Shown here: positions 50,966 through 63,579 of the stretch, piece by piece | Numbering within the stretch: position 1 is the first letter of the stretch | How the letters are laid out: each line of letters opens with the position of its first letter | Source: Camelus ferus | Taxonomy: Eukaryota | Length of the DNA: 64,000 nucleotides | Assembly (NCBI RefSeq): GCF_009834535.1 | Contig: NC_045696.1 | Location: forward strand, 27,096,001 to 27,160,000 | Reading direction: 5' to 3' | The notes under the pieces: generated by a model | Databases searched by the model: none | What the model saw: only the letters and a program-made list of their open reading frames with translations | What the model was told of the DNA's origin: nothing | Translations under genes and position numbers: made by a program

Positions 50966-51139
50966 CAATGGTTTGTTAGCTTTGAATTCCAATGCCCACC
51001 TGGACACTGAAAGCTTGCTTTATTCTTAGACCCTCCATGAGGCTTTAAGAGAAATCTTCCTGAGTTTGCTACAGATATGGGGCACTTTGCCTCACTGGCC
51101 CATCTTCTTATGACTATACCTGAGTGTTTACCTTAATAT

Positions 51140-51275
51140 TTTGCTGCAAAATCACTAGTGTTAACGTTACCTGGAAGCTTATTAAAAATGCAGAATTTTA
51201 GGCCTACTGAATTAGAATCTGGAGTGTAGATGTTCCTCCTGGTAATTTACATGTACAGTGGTGTGAGAAACACTG
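51140..51275 (+). mobile_element. MER5A-like element, internally deleted
   Basis: 'acctggaagcttattaaaaatgcagaatt...cctactgaattagaatct...tgagaaacactg'. Confidence 0.7.
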
Positions 51276-52334
51276 CTTTAGCACTAATTTCCTAATGCAG
51301 AGCTCCACTGTGAAATTCTGAAGATTCTGAACACATAATTTGTTACTGATAATACAATACCAAGCTTGGCAAATAGTTATGAGAAAATAATTAGAGCAAA
51401 AGTAAAGTAATTTCTACAAAGTGGTCATCCTCCATTTCTTGCATTCCAGCATAAGTTTTATTGAGCAAACAGGAGAGAAAGAAGTAGAGTAACAGCTTGC
51501 ACACTGGAAACCAAAGTTAAGCACTAGGACACGCAAAACAGGTTGTCAGAGTGAACGCTGCCCGTTCTGTGTCTCTCTGTAGGACAACAGAATGGTTGCG
51601 AGGCACTGCCCTTATGTATGAATATCAGAAGTGTTTCCAGTCTATTTCCGAAACAAGGTTACTGTCATCTCTGGACCCACAGATTCTCTTCCTTCTCTCG
51701 CATCCTGTAGTCTGAGTCTTTCTAGTCAGGGAGAAGATCTCCCTTCTCAGTCTTGCTTTTCAAAGACACTCTGGTTATAACTTCAAATCCCTTTCCACAT
51801 TTTAGGTCCATGAAAATGACCTGAAATCTCCTCAAGATTCAGCATTTAAAAAAGAACTAGAAAGTCTTGCAGACTACCTCTGCTTTCTCCCCAGCCAAGT
51901 GCCTTCCCTGCAGCAATGGTGTATGGAGCAGTTCAGTCCCCACTGAAATCAGGAGAAGGACTGAGGAAATAAAGAGTAAAACAACATAAATCAAAACCAC
52001 AAAAAGTTTATGGGTTTTCTTACAGCACTGGGGAGCTACTGAAAAGTTTCAAGCGATGATTAATATGATTGCATTTGGGTTTAGGGAGATAAACCTAAGT
52101 GAAGCATGGAAAAGATCAACCTAGAAGCAGGGAGAATACCAGTAAGGAAGCTGTCACAATAATGCAGGACAGAAGTAACTCATATACTGTTAGTGAGAAC
52201 TGAAAATAAAGTGTGCCTAAGAGAGATATTGAAGGGGCATGATACCGACTTTCACAGAGCTTACAATTTATTTAGGAAGATTATAATAATAATGGCTAGA
52301 TTTATTGAGCTCTTCTTACATGAGCCAAGTGCTT

Positions 52335-52535
52335 TACATGAAATAATTTAAAATATCTCACTAGTAACTTTCATATTGATTATATGTTGAAATGATACTA
52401 GGTTAGATATACTGAGTTAAGTAAACTAGACTATAAAATTTAATGTCACTCTTTCCTTTTTTACTTTTAATGTAGCCATTAACATATGTGGCTTGCATTT
52501 GTGGTTTTCAGTTTACTTCTATTCAACAGAACTGA
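52335..52535. mobile_element. MER33-like fragment
   Basis: Similar to 21990-22140: 'tgttgaaatgatact...ttttacttttaatgtagcc...atatgtggct'. Confidence 0.6.
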
Positions 52536-52734
52536 TCTAAAATATACAACCCTTTCCTTCTCCTATAGTCTATTTCTCCTTTGGTTTATTCCCCTTAACT
52601 ACAAGGAAGATTTTCCATCTTTGGAAAAACAAAATTAAAAAGAAAAACATGTCCTTAATCCTTCCTTTTTCATTAAGTTGTCCCATTTCTTTTGTATTTA
52701 TTGCCCAATTCTTGAAAAAGGAAGATAAGAGACA

Positions 52735-52965
52735 GTTTTATTTGTATTGAGAGTCCGCTATGTGCCAGAATCAGGGCTGGACACTTCATTCGTTATATCT
52801 AATTCTTACAATAACCAGATAAATTTTATTAATCACTCCAATTTACATATGAAGAAACTGAGTCTCTGAGAAATTAATGATTTTGAACAGGGTTTCAGAG
52901 AAAATAGGTATTTATGAAGTGATTTTGCAAAAATTTCCAAAGACATATTTGACTCCAAAATCCAT
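52735..52965 (-). mobile_element. MIR SINE
   Basis: 'tattgagagtccgctatgtgccag...tttacatatgaagaaactgagtctctgaga'. Confidence 0.75.
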
Positions 52966-53634
52966 CCCAAAACTCCCAGATTCATGATGCTACTTCTTGG
53001 AAATTTTTATATCTGCTTTCTTTATTTTTTGCCACTTATTCACTATTCTCAGTGAAAATTTTGCCTTTCATTTTCACTGTTTGAATAATATAAATTTTTA
53101 GTTCTCCTATCACTTAAGATGTGACACATTTGCTGGAATTGACCACACGCTTGAATTTTTCTGACTTTGGAAACATTCCAATCTCTTGAAAGGGCAGTTA
53201 TCAGCTTGCTGTTTATACCATATAATCTTTTATTTTTTATTAAGGCATTGATTACACAGTACTGTAATTTGTTTAAGAAACCATACTCTTTAACATTGAC
53301 CTGCCTATTTGAATGCACTGTGTTTCTACCATATTAATGTCCAAAGACTGTGGTATTGTACATGAAAGCACAGCAAACATTGGAAAAATGATAGGTAAAC
53401 TGGAATGAAAAGACATTCATATTCAATCAATATTACCTATGACTTCCACAATCTGAAGGAAAATTTTGTCTCAAAAGTAATCCATAGTTTTAAAAGATAA
53501 TAAATTGTCTCGAATGCATTTTATGAGGTGTTAATGAGACATATAAGTGAGTATACACATCTGCTGTAGTCTGGACTCAGAAGTTCTGGTGACATATATA
53601 TTAGGGTGGCTGCCAGGACATAAGAAGCCATGAG

Positions 53635-53835
53635 TAATAGTTTAAAAATCCTGGATGTTCCTACTATGAGCCTGGGTCTGAAACAAGAACATTACTGGTT
53701 TCATTTCATGTAATGTTCACAGAACTTCTACGATGTGAGTGTTACTTTTCTCATTTTACAGATGAGGAGAATTTAACAAAAGTTGTCGAAGGCCACACAA
53801 CTAGTAAGTGACAAAACCAGGATTTAAATCTAGTT
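53635..53835 (-). mobile_element. MIR SINE
   Basis: 'cattttacagatgagga...aaggccacacaactagtaagtgacaaaaccaggattt'. Confidence 0.8.
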
Positions 53836-55548
53836 TCATATCCCCTGGACTGACCCAATTCACTACAGAGTGTGAAATCTGAGTCAGAATTCATAAACAT
53901 GTGCTTGATCATTCCATTTGCATGTTATGCTTTTTTGATCATTTTTGTTTATTAGAAGAATGAAAGGATAGAAATTTTTGGTAAAATTGCCCATTACTGA
54001 AGTTTTAATCACACTTTCTGGAAGTACTTCTTAATCATTTTACTGAATATCTTTCCAAAGGTTTAGCAACTTTTTTCTTCTTTATTTAAAACTATAAATT
54101 GAAATACCTACTGTGTCAGTATGTATAATCTGCCTCATTGTTCCCAGTGAGTGCCTAATACTCCATAATATGTATATATATACATTTATGTGACTTTTAC
54201 AATTGATGGCTTCTAATTTCATGCTATTATAATTAGTATTTGATAATCATTCATGTACATTAATCTTTGCACAATTATGTGTTTGTAAAATAAATTCTTA
54301 GAAGTTGTATTTCTAGGCCAAACAACATGAATTTAAAATTTCACAGATACTACCATTTTACCTTCCCCCAAAACCTACATCAATATATATTCCCACCAAG
54401 AATGAGTAAAAATGCCCACTTCTGAAGGGATACTTTTAAAGATCCAGTTTTATGCTTTCATGACCATCTTGTAAGTCATTGTATGCAGGACCTCTTCCTG
54501 GTAAATATTTAGGGGTTGGGGAACTCCATATAAAAATTTTAAATCACCAAAAATCATGCCATCCCCATTCTGACTGCCCAATCTCATACTATTCCTGAAA
54601 AGAATTATATCTTGCCGACAAATAGGAGCAACGTGCTGTCTAGGCCACCTTTCCTGAACCAGGGGCAAACTCCTGAAGCTCCTAGGGGGCATCTGATCAC
54701 CATGAAGGGTAAAGGGTCAGACAGAACCCCAAAAAGGAGAAATAGGGACCAGAGATCAAACAGGTCCACCGCCCCAGAAGACATCATTGCCCACAGCTGG
54801 CCCAGTCATTGGAGGGAAGGAAATTTACAGATTTTAAGAAAGTCACTCCAAAATGTGAGGTTTTCTGAGGAACAGAATGGGTCCATGTTCCCCCTACCCC
54901 AGTGCTTACCGGGATCAAAGGAGGTTGTCAAAGGAGTACGCTGGCTAGCAATGAAGCCATGGGAATAAATTAATTCTCTGGGGGAAATAAGCATTCTAAA
55001 CAGAAACTTGGATAATTGAAAACACTGGCAGATAGATGAAATAATATTATCTCATAATAGATAAAAATAATGGCAGAAAACTGCAGATTAAGACACTAAA
55101 GATAAAGAGACCTAAAGGAGCAATTTAAGGGCCATCTCCACTTCTTTCAGAAAAGCATACACATTTCAAAAAACCTTTTTCAGAAATAATTCTACCCACT
55201 TGTCTTACCATTTATGAGGCAAATGGCAAGAAATTTCGATCTAGTAGAGAGAATAGTAAAATGCCATGGAAGTTTGATTTGACAGAGGTGAGCCTTTATT
55301 ATTATCTGGTATTTTATATTTAACAATTGTCTGTCGATTTTACCCCGAGGTAGTACTGAAAGCTACCAAATTCATTCCATTCAAACTGACCCATCTCTTG
55401 CTCACTCACATGATGGAAAGCTAAGGTTGGGACAGGTAAAACATGGGCATAGGTCTAGGTCCTCTCTGGCAAGTCTTACTTATTCACCATTAGATTATTC
55501 AGATTGAGATGAAATATTGACATTGAGGTTCTATATTGATAGCAATGG

Positions 55549-56303
55549 TGTGATGGTTAATTATATGTATCAATGATGTCCAGACATCTGGTCAAACATT
55601 TTTCTGAATGTTTCTGTGAAGGTGTTTTTAGATGAGATTAACATTTAAATCAGTGAACTTTGAGCAAATTATTCTCATTCTAGTCAATTCAGGCAGCTTT
55701 AACAGAATACCACAGAGTAAGTGGCTGGTAAACAACAGAAACGTATTTCTCACAATTCTGGAAGTTAGAAGTCCAAGATCAGGGTACCAGTATGACAGGT
55801 TTCTGGTGAAGACCCTTCTCCAGTTGCAGACTGCCAACTTCTCATAAGGCAGAGAGCAGAGAACAAGAAAACAAACTTTCACTTCTCTTCCTTGAAGGTC
55901 ACTAATCCCATCCATGAGGGCGCCACCCCATGACCCAATCACTTCTGAAAGGCCCTATCTCCTAATACCATCACAGTAGGAATTAGGATTCCAGCATGTG
56001 AATTTAGGGGGGACACAAATATTCCGTCTGTAACATCTTCTATAATGTGCGTATAGAAGACCTCATACAAACAGTGGAAGACCTTAGTGGAGCAAAGACT
56101 GACTTTCCTTGAGTGAGAATGAATTCTACCAGGAGACTGCTTCTGGACTCAAACTCCAACTCTTATCTGGGTCTTCAGCCTACTGGCCTACACTGCAGAC
56201 TTAAGAGTTACCAAGTCTTGCCAAGTGTGTGAGCCAATTCTTTAAAATAAAATACATACACATTCTGTTGGTTCTGTTTTTGTGGAGAACACTGACTAGC
56301 ACA
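55549..56303 (+). mobile_element. MLT2 (ERV-L) solo LTR split by MLT1A; 5-bp TSD
   Basis: Starts tgtgatggttaat; ends 'ggttctgtttttgtggagaacactgactagcaca'; perfect TSD aatgg (55544-55548, 56304-56308). Confidence 0.85.
55676..56035 (-). mobile_element. MLT1A/A0 MaLR solo LTR
   Basis: 'tatttctcacaattctgga...gtccaagatc', 'cactaatcccatccatgaggg', 'ctcctaataccatcaca'. Confidence 0.88.
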
Positions 56304-56570
56304 AATGGCTAACCTCTACTGAGCACCTACAATGTAACAAGTAATTTTTCAACAATTTTACATGTATGAAATAAGTACCTCACTTAATCTTCACAACAAC
56401 TAAGGGGTGGTTAGTTAGATAGTGGTTAATGCTAGCTCCACTTTACAGAAGAAGGAAAGGAAGCATTCCCAGATTAATTTGCCAAACTTGCACTGTTTGT
56501 GGCAAATTTTGTATGTAAATGCAGGCAATCGGATATTAGAGCATGCACGTAATCACTGTTTCATCCCTTG
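56304..56570 (-). mobile_element. MIR SINE (host of the MLT2 insertion)
   Basis: 'aatggctaacctctactgagcacctac...cttaatcttcacaacaac...cactttacaga'. Confidence 0.7.
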
Positions 56571-58193
56571 CCAAAGCACATGGCATTACAGGAGACATCA
56601 AATCTCTCAAAAAAATAGACACTGGTCAAGTAGAGAAATTTTCTTATTGAACTCAGGAAATGCCTGTCTGGGAAAATATATATTTATGTTGTTAATTAAG
56701 TAATAGGAAAAGGATGTTTTGTACCAGGACTGCAATCAACCCCATTCAAGACTGTAAAGTTCAGAGCCTGAATGGAATTGATTGCAGGCTAGACTCAACA
56801 ATCATCAAACAATCAAATCACTCCATTTTTTCCTAGACATTTTCTTATTTAACTGAACCATAAGTGACATCTTCAGGGCAGATGATATTTCAAATTATTT
56901 TTTTCCTCCTAGTTATGCTTGGTTGAAGCATTGCTATAGGACAGCAAATGGGCCTCAACAACCTTGAAAAAGTAAATGACCTTATTGTAAGCTTTGACCT
57001 TGCTTGCAGCATCTTCCCTGTTGATTTGTTAGTTCTGAGTGTGGTGTTATTGTTTCAGCTGGGCAAGGTCTTTGAAGCTCCACTTTTTGCCACCCCTCCC
57101 TCCCTAATGATTTCAAGCTGTTCAAAGAACTGCTTTGAAACACAGGCGGGAGCCGAATGTTCTATAGTAAGGCTGATTTAAAACAAGCCTTAATAATGCT
57201 TGCTTTTAGGGAACTAGGGGAGAAATGAATAAATGCACAGTACATACTCCTTCAAAATGTCCCGTTTGCTTGATCACTCAGAGATAGGTTTGTCTTTCAT
57301 TATGTGCAGCATGGAAAAAAAAAACACAGACTTCTGGAACTTATAACAAAGCAATAAAGTAATACTTGCTTTACTAGGATTTAAAAGCAGTGCACAAGAG
57401 ATTTTTATAATATGCAAACAATTTCAGGGCAACCATGATGCCAGCAAGGGAATGAAATCATTTATTTGTATTGATTTTTCTCTCTGTGTAGGGAAGCCTA
57501 GTAGGCAATATACAAGTTTCTATAAAAGATGCAACAAAATCAGAATTTAATTTGTGTAGACAGTTCTTACCAAATTGGACAACAGGAAAATCACTGTCAT
57601 ATTACTTCTATTTAATACATATTAAATAACACCTATGTCTAACAAATACCTTCAAAACAGATGTGCCAATGCCAACATTTTGTTTATTAGAACCTATCGA
57701 TTAGGTTTGCATGTTACAGAAAGATGGATTTCCCATCAGTTCTACAATCTAGACACTGTCTCGTATACATCTATCTGTACATACCATTATGCCCTGCGCA
57801 TAGTAGTGTGTGCTCAATAATTATTTCCCGAATGAATGATGTTAGAAAAAATCAAGAACAGAATTTTTTTAAGCCATATAGAAACAAAAGGCTCTCACAC
57901 TAGAGAAGTGTAAAACTGGAAGCAGGAAAAATAAAGAAACATTTTTCAGATAGCTATTGTTTAGCATCAATCTCTAAATGACATACCTAGGATTGGGAAG
58001 AATTACTTTCTCTTATGATCACACAAACTCAGTGCAGGAAAGGATGGGTAGAGTTATAGTGGCTAATTTACCATGGTGAGGACACATTTCCATGAGAGAG
58101 AGGAGTAAAAGATGGAAGGAAGACGTGAAAGGAAAGAGAAGGCTTGAATTAATGGAGGTACACATGCTTCCAGCAATGGTAGTATGTAGAGGG

Positions 58194-58445
58194 TGTGCTA
58201 GTTTCCTATTGCTGCTATAACAAATTATTGCCAACTTATTGGCTTAAAACAAACCAGAATTCATTACTCTACAGCTCTGCAGATGAGAGGTCTTCAGTGG
58301 ATAATTCTAAATTAAGTGAAGGTGTGAAAAAGGCTGCATTCCTTTAGTAAGCTCCAGGGGAGAATCTGTTCTTTGCCTATTTCAGCTTTTAGAGGCTGTT
58401 CATAATTTTGGCACGATCCCTCTTTATCTTCAAAGACATCAATGG
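58194..58445 (-). mobile_element. MLT1D-like LTR fragment
   Basis: 'tagtttcctattgctgctataacaaatta...ggcttaaaacaa', 'ggagaatctgttctttgcct'. Confidence 0.8.
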
Positions 58446-58749
58446 CTTGGGGTATACAAGATATAATAAAAGTTAAATAATACCTCCTGATGGGAAGGAT
58501 TCTCAAAAGATCATCTGGTGGTAGCCGAAGTTATATTTTCAGAAAAAGGAGATGGGATTTGGGCACATAGTTATCTGTTTTTTTTCCTATTTCTGTTCTG
58601 TCTCTACTCAGTAGAATGAAATCCTCATGAGAGGTCTGGCACATAATAAGTATGCAAGAGAGAGTTGTGGAATGAATGACTTGATGAGAATAAGGTTTTT
58701 TTTTTCTTTTGGGTCATAGAAAAAGCAGAATATGACTAGATGTCTCCAG

Positions 58750-58995
58750 GTAGTCAGTTTCCCCACCATATCATGAGTACTTGTCTGCAATATGAGAGAC
58801 CAATGGCCAAGAGAAGCTGAATAAAGAGATGAAGAGAGAGAAAGGTAACCTTATTTGGGTCCCTGAATCTAACCCTGTCTGAAGTCAGCCAATTTCTCAA
58901 CTACCAAATTAAAGGCATAGTAAGTTTTATATCATGCTTAAGTTTGTTGAGTTGAGTTTCTGTCTTCTATAACAAAAGGAGTCCTGGAAATACAT
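58750..58995 (+). mobile_element. MLT1K/L-like LTR 3' fragment
   Basis: 'ccctgaatctaaccctgtctgaagtc...gcttaagtttgttgagttgagtttctgtc...aggagtcct'. Confidence 0.6.
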
Positions 58996-61061
58996 CCACC
59001 ATTGCCCTATCAAATCTCCTTCTCTCTTCTGAAATTAGCACCAGTTTTCTATTTCACTACATTATGAATACAAAGACCACTGTTGGTTAGAAATAAATTC
59101 AACTTTTTCTTCTGTCGCACAATGCACTGGAAGTTTTAACAAAAAATTAAATACAAGAAAAAGAAAAGACTATGTCATTTTATTTCATCCTCATATGCTT
59201 TCTTGAATGTGCTGAACATGTAGGAATGTGTTAATTTGCATGGCTGCTACTGCAGTATATGATGGTGATTTAAAATGAGACAGTGAAAAACCTGGATGGG
59301 ATCCAAGTTCAAATTTCAGAAGAGGAACTGCTCAGGATTAAATCCCCAAGCCTAAGTCTCTTGGACTTTAATTATGTCTCTTAGTGAAAAACACCTGAAT
59401 ATTTTCAGACCTTAATCAGTCCTATCCCTGTTGTGACAATACAAAAAAAAAAAAAAAAATCCAATCAGATTAAATGCTATTCTTGATAATGGTGTCCAAT
59501 AAACTCTGTACTTTCTGAATCCCTCTGTAAATATGTCAACACTTCAGCTTCTACTCTTTGTTTTTTCATCACCCCCAAGCACCGAGGTCAATAAAACATT
59601 TGGAAGAAATGAATATGCTGTATACATCGAAAGATAAACTGTATGCATCTGAACAAAAGGCTTGTAGTGCACCATTTTATTGAACTCTTATTTCATTTCA
59701 AAAGCTGAGCGGAAAAGAGAACCACGACAGATCTATCACGTATGTGGGCTTTAATATTTACTTTAGTCATAAAGAGCAACTGACATGAGGAGGACTCACT
59801 AGCATGGTAGAAACTCAGGCTGTCAGTACCAGAAAATGAAATTTTTATTTATGGAAGTTGTAAGCTCTAGAAATGATACGTATTATTTTTCTGCTCCTGC
59901 TGATTTATAGGTTAAACGAATTAGTAGTCACTAAGTTGCAGTTTCATATATTTTCTCCTTGGAAACTCAGGTTTTTAAAATGTCTAGGTATAAAGTTTTT
60001 CAAGAGACAAGAGATAAACTGATTAAAATGCCGAAACTTTCTTTAGAAGAAAATGACAGTATCACCATGAATGCAGACTTAGAGAGATATAGCTATTATG
60101 CTTTGGTTTTCCAGATGATGAAATTAAATAGTCCTTTTTCATATATAATATGTGAAAAAAAAAGTATTTTCTTTTTAGAAATGGCATTTATTGTATAAGT
60201 ATCTTGAGTTTAATACAATGTTCCTAGGTTACAATGCCTATATAATCTCCATTTTTAAATTGATAATTTGAAAATTAAATTATTATACAAATTATTTAAG
60301 TAAGAGAATAAGAGACAAAGCCAAGTACATACTTCTGTTTCCTTATTTCTAAATTCTTTTTTTAAACCACTGATTTAATACCTTATTTGCGCAAAATAAA
60401 CTGCTGAAATCGCTGTATTAACAAAAATACATGCTGTTGAAAAACACAAAGAAAAAACACTGAGAAATTGTTATACTTATTCAAGATGTTAACTTTAGCA
60501 TAAAGTATTTGTCGGTCTCCTCATCTAATATTTCTCAACAATGTAATTTGAGGAGAATAATACTTTCTCTCTTCAACTGAATTTCTAAATGGGAAAGTGA
60601 CTCCTACTATATGCCAAGCACTATTAAAAGAACTGGAGATTTAGTAGTGAGTAAGAGAGACAGGATTTTTTCCTTTGTGGAGAGCATCAATCAGAGAAGG
60701 TAAAAATAAATAAGTAAACAAATAGACACTATAACTACCAATTGTAATAAGCATTGTGACCTGGGAGATATATAAGAAAGTAATTGGTTGAGGAGTAGAC
60801 AATACTAAATTAGATGAGATTGTGAGAGGAATCCTTTCTGGGGAGGTGACACTGAAGCTGATTACAAAGAATAAAAATGTTCCAGGGATGTGGTGAAGAG
60901 GTGGAAAACATTTCAGGCAGAGGGAACAGCAAGTGCAAAGGCTCTGAGGTGGGGAATAGCTTGGCAAATTCACAAAGCTGAAAGGAGACTGGTTTGAATG
61001 CATATACTAAGGGAGGTGTGAGGAGAGGAAGTGGTAATAGATAGGCTTCAGATAGTCTGGC

Positions 61062-61411
61062 TGCTATAGTCTGAGTGTGTCCCTACCAAAATTCATATGT
61101 TGAAACCTAACCCCTGAGATGACAGTATCAAAAGGTGGGGCCTCTGAAAGGTGATCACATCATGAAAGCAGAGTCCTCATGAGTGGGATTAGGACCGTTA
61201 TAAAAGAGACTCAAGAGAGAACTTCCTTGCCTATCCTGCTGTGTCAGAATACAAAGAGAAGTCTATGACCTAGGAGAGGGCTCTCACTTGACCATGCTGG
61301 CACCCTGATCTTAGGCTTCCAGCTTCCAGAACAGTGAGAAATAAATTCCTGTTATTTATAAGTTACCCATGCTATGGTATTTTGTTATAGCAGCCTGAAC
61401 AGACTAAGACA
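61062..61411 (+). mobile_element. MLT1A/A0 solo LTR with a 5-bp TSD
   Basis: tgctatagtctga...gactaagaca; perfect TSD ctggc (61057-61061, 61412-61416). Confidence 0.9.
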
Positions 61412-61534
61412 CTGGCCTTATACACCATGATGATATGTTTGGATTTTACTCTAAAAGCAAAAAAGTTATAAATAAAAGTAAAATGATATTAAGCAGGGGA
61501 ATGATATGATATTCTTTATGATTTGAAAGTCATT

Positions 61535-61680
61535 TTGGAGACCTGTTTCACGACAATGTGAATATACTTAACAATACTGAACTGTACACTTAAAATGGTT
61601 AAGATGGTAAAAAAAATTAAAATTGTGTCCTCTTTTTGAAAATTCTGTCTAAATACAGAAAATATTTCACCATTTAAAAA
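61535..61680 (+). mobile_element. Short L1MA/MB 3' end
   Basis: 'caatgtgaatatacttaacaatactgaactgtacacttaaaatggttaagatggtaa'; flanking repeat aaagtcatt (61526-61534, 61681-61689). Confidence 0.75.
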
Positions 61681-62214
61681 AAAGTCATTGTTGTTTGAAG
61701 AATAGATTCTGGAAGAGAATAAGTGGAAGCAGGGAGACACATTATTACTATGATCTAGAAAAGAAAGAACAGTGATTTGTATTAAAATGGGTGCTGTAAG
61801 AATGGACAGTAGTGGAAGGATTCAGGACCCACTTGGGGAGGAAAAAAAATAACCAAAACAAGTTTTTGATGAAGGGAGTGAAAATGAAAGTTATTTGATG
61901 AATAAATGAAAGGAAAAGACAGGAATCAAAATTAACCTCTATTCAAAACATCATTGTCACAAAGGATAGAAATGGTGGGATGGTGAGATTACTGTCAGAC
62001 ATCAAAGAAGACTAAAGGTGCATGATCACCAGAGGCACCTTTACTTGAACACTAGATCAAAAAGCTAAAGGAACAGGATTTCCAGCAATGCCAAGAATTT
62101 GGCAATTTTTTTCCCACAAAAAGCCTATAAAACTTGATTCATCTATCAAACCAACCATTTCAGAACTCTGACATCAACCAAAACAATTAATTGATAAATA
62201 TATACTCATGAATA

Positions 62215-62860
62215 ATTTTTAAACTTTGGGAAAGAACAGTGAGAGTCCGTGGCCCTCTTGCCTGGGGTTGCCACCATCCTCCTCCCCACCCAGATGGCGC
62301 TGTACTTCTACCAGGGTGGGGCTGATCAAAAATCAGCAGCTTGGCTGCTGGAAGGGAGCTGACTTTACTTGGACCAAAGGGAGAAAAATCAAGGGGCCTT
62401 GTCAATAAGAGGAGAAAACTTGGTAATAAACAAATGGAAGCAGCACATATATCTGCAAGCTAGAGTTTTGAGACTTGGTTAGAGTCAGCAGGAGACCAGT
62501 GCTTAGACATAAACTTAACATAAACATCCTGAAAGTGAAAGAGTTAATAGGAGGGATGAAATAGACTATCCAAACATCCCTGGCTGACTAAGTGACTGAA
62601 AAGCTCTTGCATATGCAGAAGAGACCTGAAAAGGCCCAAAACAAACTCTCTACACAATACTGAATGACTGGAAATCTGTGCATTTGCATAGGCAGGACAT
62701 GAGATGGTCCAGAAAATTGTGCTCCACAACCCGCACACACTTTCCTTGGCAGAAGGTAGGCAGCTAACTGGCTCCAAGTGCTTGAGTACGACCTCTGACT
62801 AAACACTGGCTACCTATGAAGATATAAAGATATACAGGCCCACCTCTGAGAATCAAGAAT
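62215..62860 (+). mobile_element. Old L1 5' UTR-type fragment (L1M4/L1MC 5' end-like)
   Basis: 'acatccctggctgactaagtgactg', 'gcatatgcagaagagacctgaaaaggccc' resemble old L1M 5' ends; adjoins further L1 pieces. Confidence 0.5.
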
Positions 62861-62864
62861 AAAA

Positions 62865-63520
62865 ATAAAATTAATAACAATGCCAAGTGCTGGCAAAGAT
62901 GCTAATCAAAAGAACCCTCACTCACTGCTAGTGGAAATGCAAGGTGGTACAGCTATTCTGGAAGACAATTTGACTGTTTTTTTGCAAAACTAAACATACT
63001 CCTACTACACAATCTAGTAATCACACTCCTTAGTATTTACCCAAAGGAGCTGAAAGCTTACATTTACATAAAAACCTGCACATGAATGTTTATAGCAGCT
63101 TTACTCAAAACTTGCAAACAACCAACATGCCCTTTAGTAGGTGAATATATAATCTGTGGTATATCCAAACACTGGTATATTATTCAGTGCTAAAAGTCAA
63201 ATGAGCCATCAAAGCTTGAAAAGACATGGAGAAATCTTAAATGCAAATTGCTAACTACAGAAGCCAATCTGAAAAGGTTACATCCTGTATGATTCCAACT
63301 TTATGACATTCTGGAAAATCCAGTACTGTGGAGACAGTTAAAGGATCAATGGTGGCCAGAGGTTGAAGGGGAAGAAGAGACTTGAACAGGTAGACCACAG
63401 AGGATTTTTAGAAGAGTGAAATATTCAATATGATATTATGATGGATATATATCATTATACTTTTGTCCAAACCCATAGGATGTACAACATCAAGAGCGAA
63501 CTGTAATATAAACTTCATTA
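62865..63520 (+). mobile_element. L1MC1-like 3' region
   Basis: Clear similarity to 19870-20480, e.g. 'aatcacactccttagtatttacccaaa' and 'tgtccaaacccataggatgta'. Confidence 0.88.
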
Positions 63521-63579
63521 ATTTATTAGTATTTAATAATGATATTATTTAGTAATGTAAATGAATGTATTATTTGAAA

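Larger units (their letters stand above)
60600..61900 (-). mobile_element. L2 LINE split by MLT1A and a short L1 3' fragment
   Basis: 'cctactatatgccaagcact', 'ttcaggcagagggaacagcaagtgcaaaggctctgaggtggg', 'tttggattttactcta'. Confidence 0.8.

Noticed and set aside
54450..55000. Overlapping ORFs and a CTCF-like 'cctagggggcat' in a GC-richer stretch
   Set aside because: No recognisable protein, no splice or promoter support, and the 5' half of the motif matches poorly
916..62806. ORF-track ORFs (60-124 aa) as host genes
   Set aside because: They are short, many use non-ATG starts, they resemble no host protein I recognise, and those that are recognisable are L1 ORF2 or ERV-L relics
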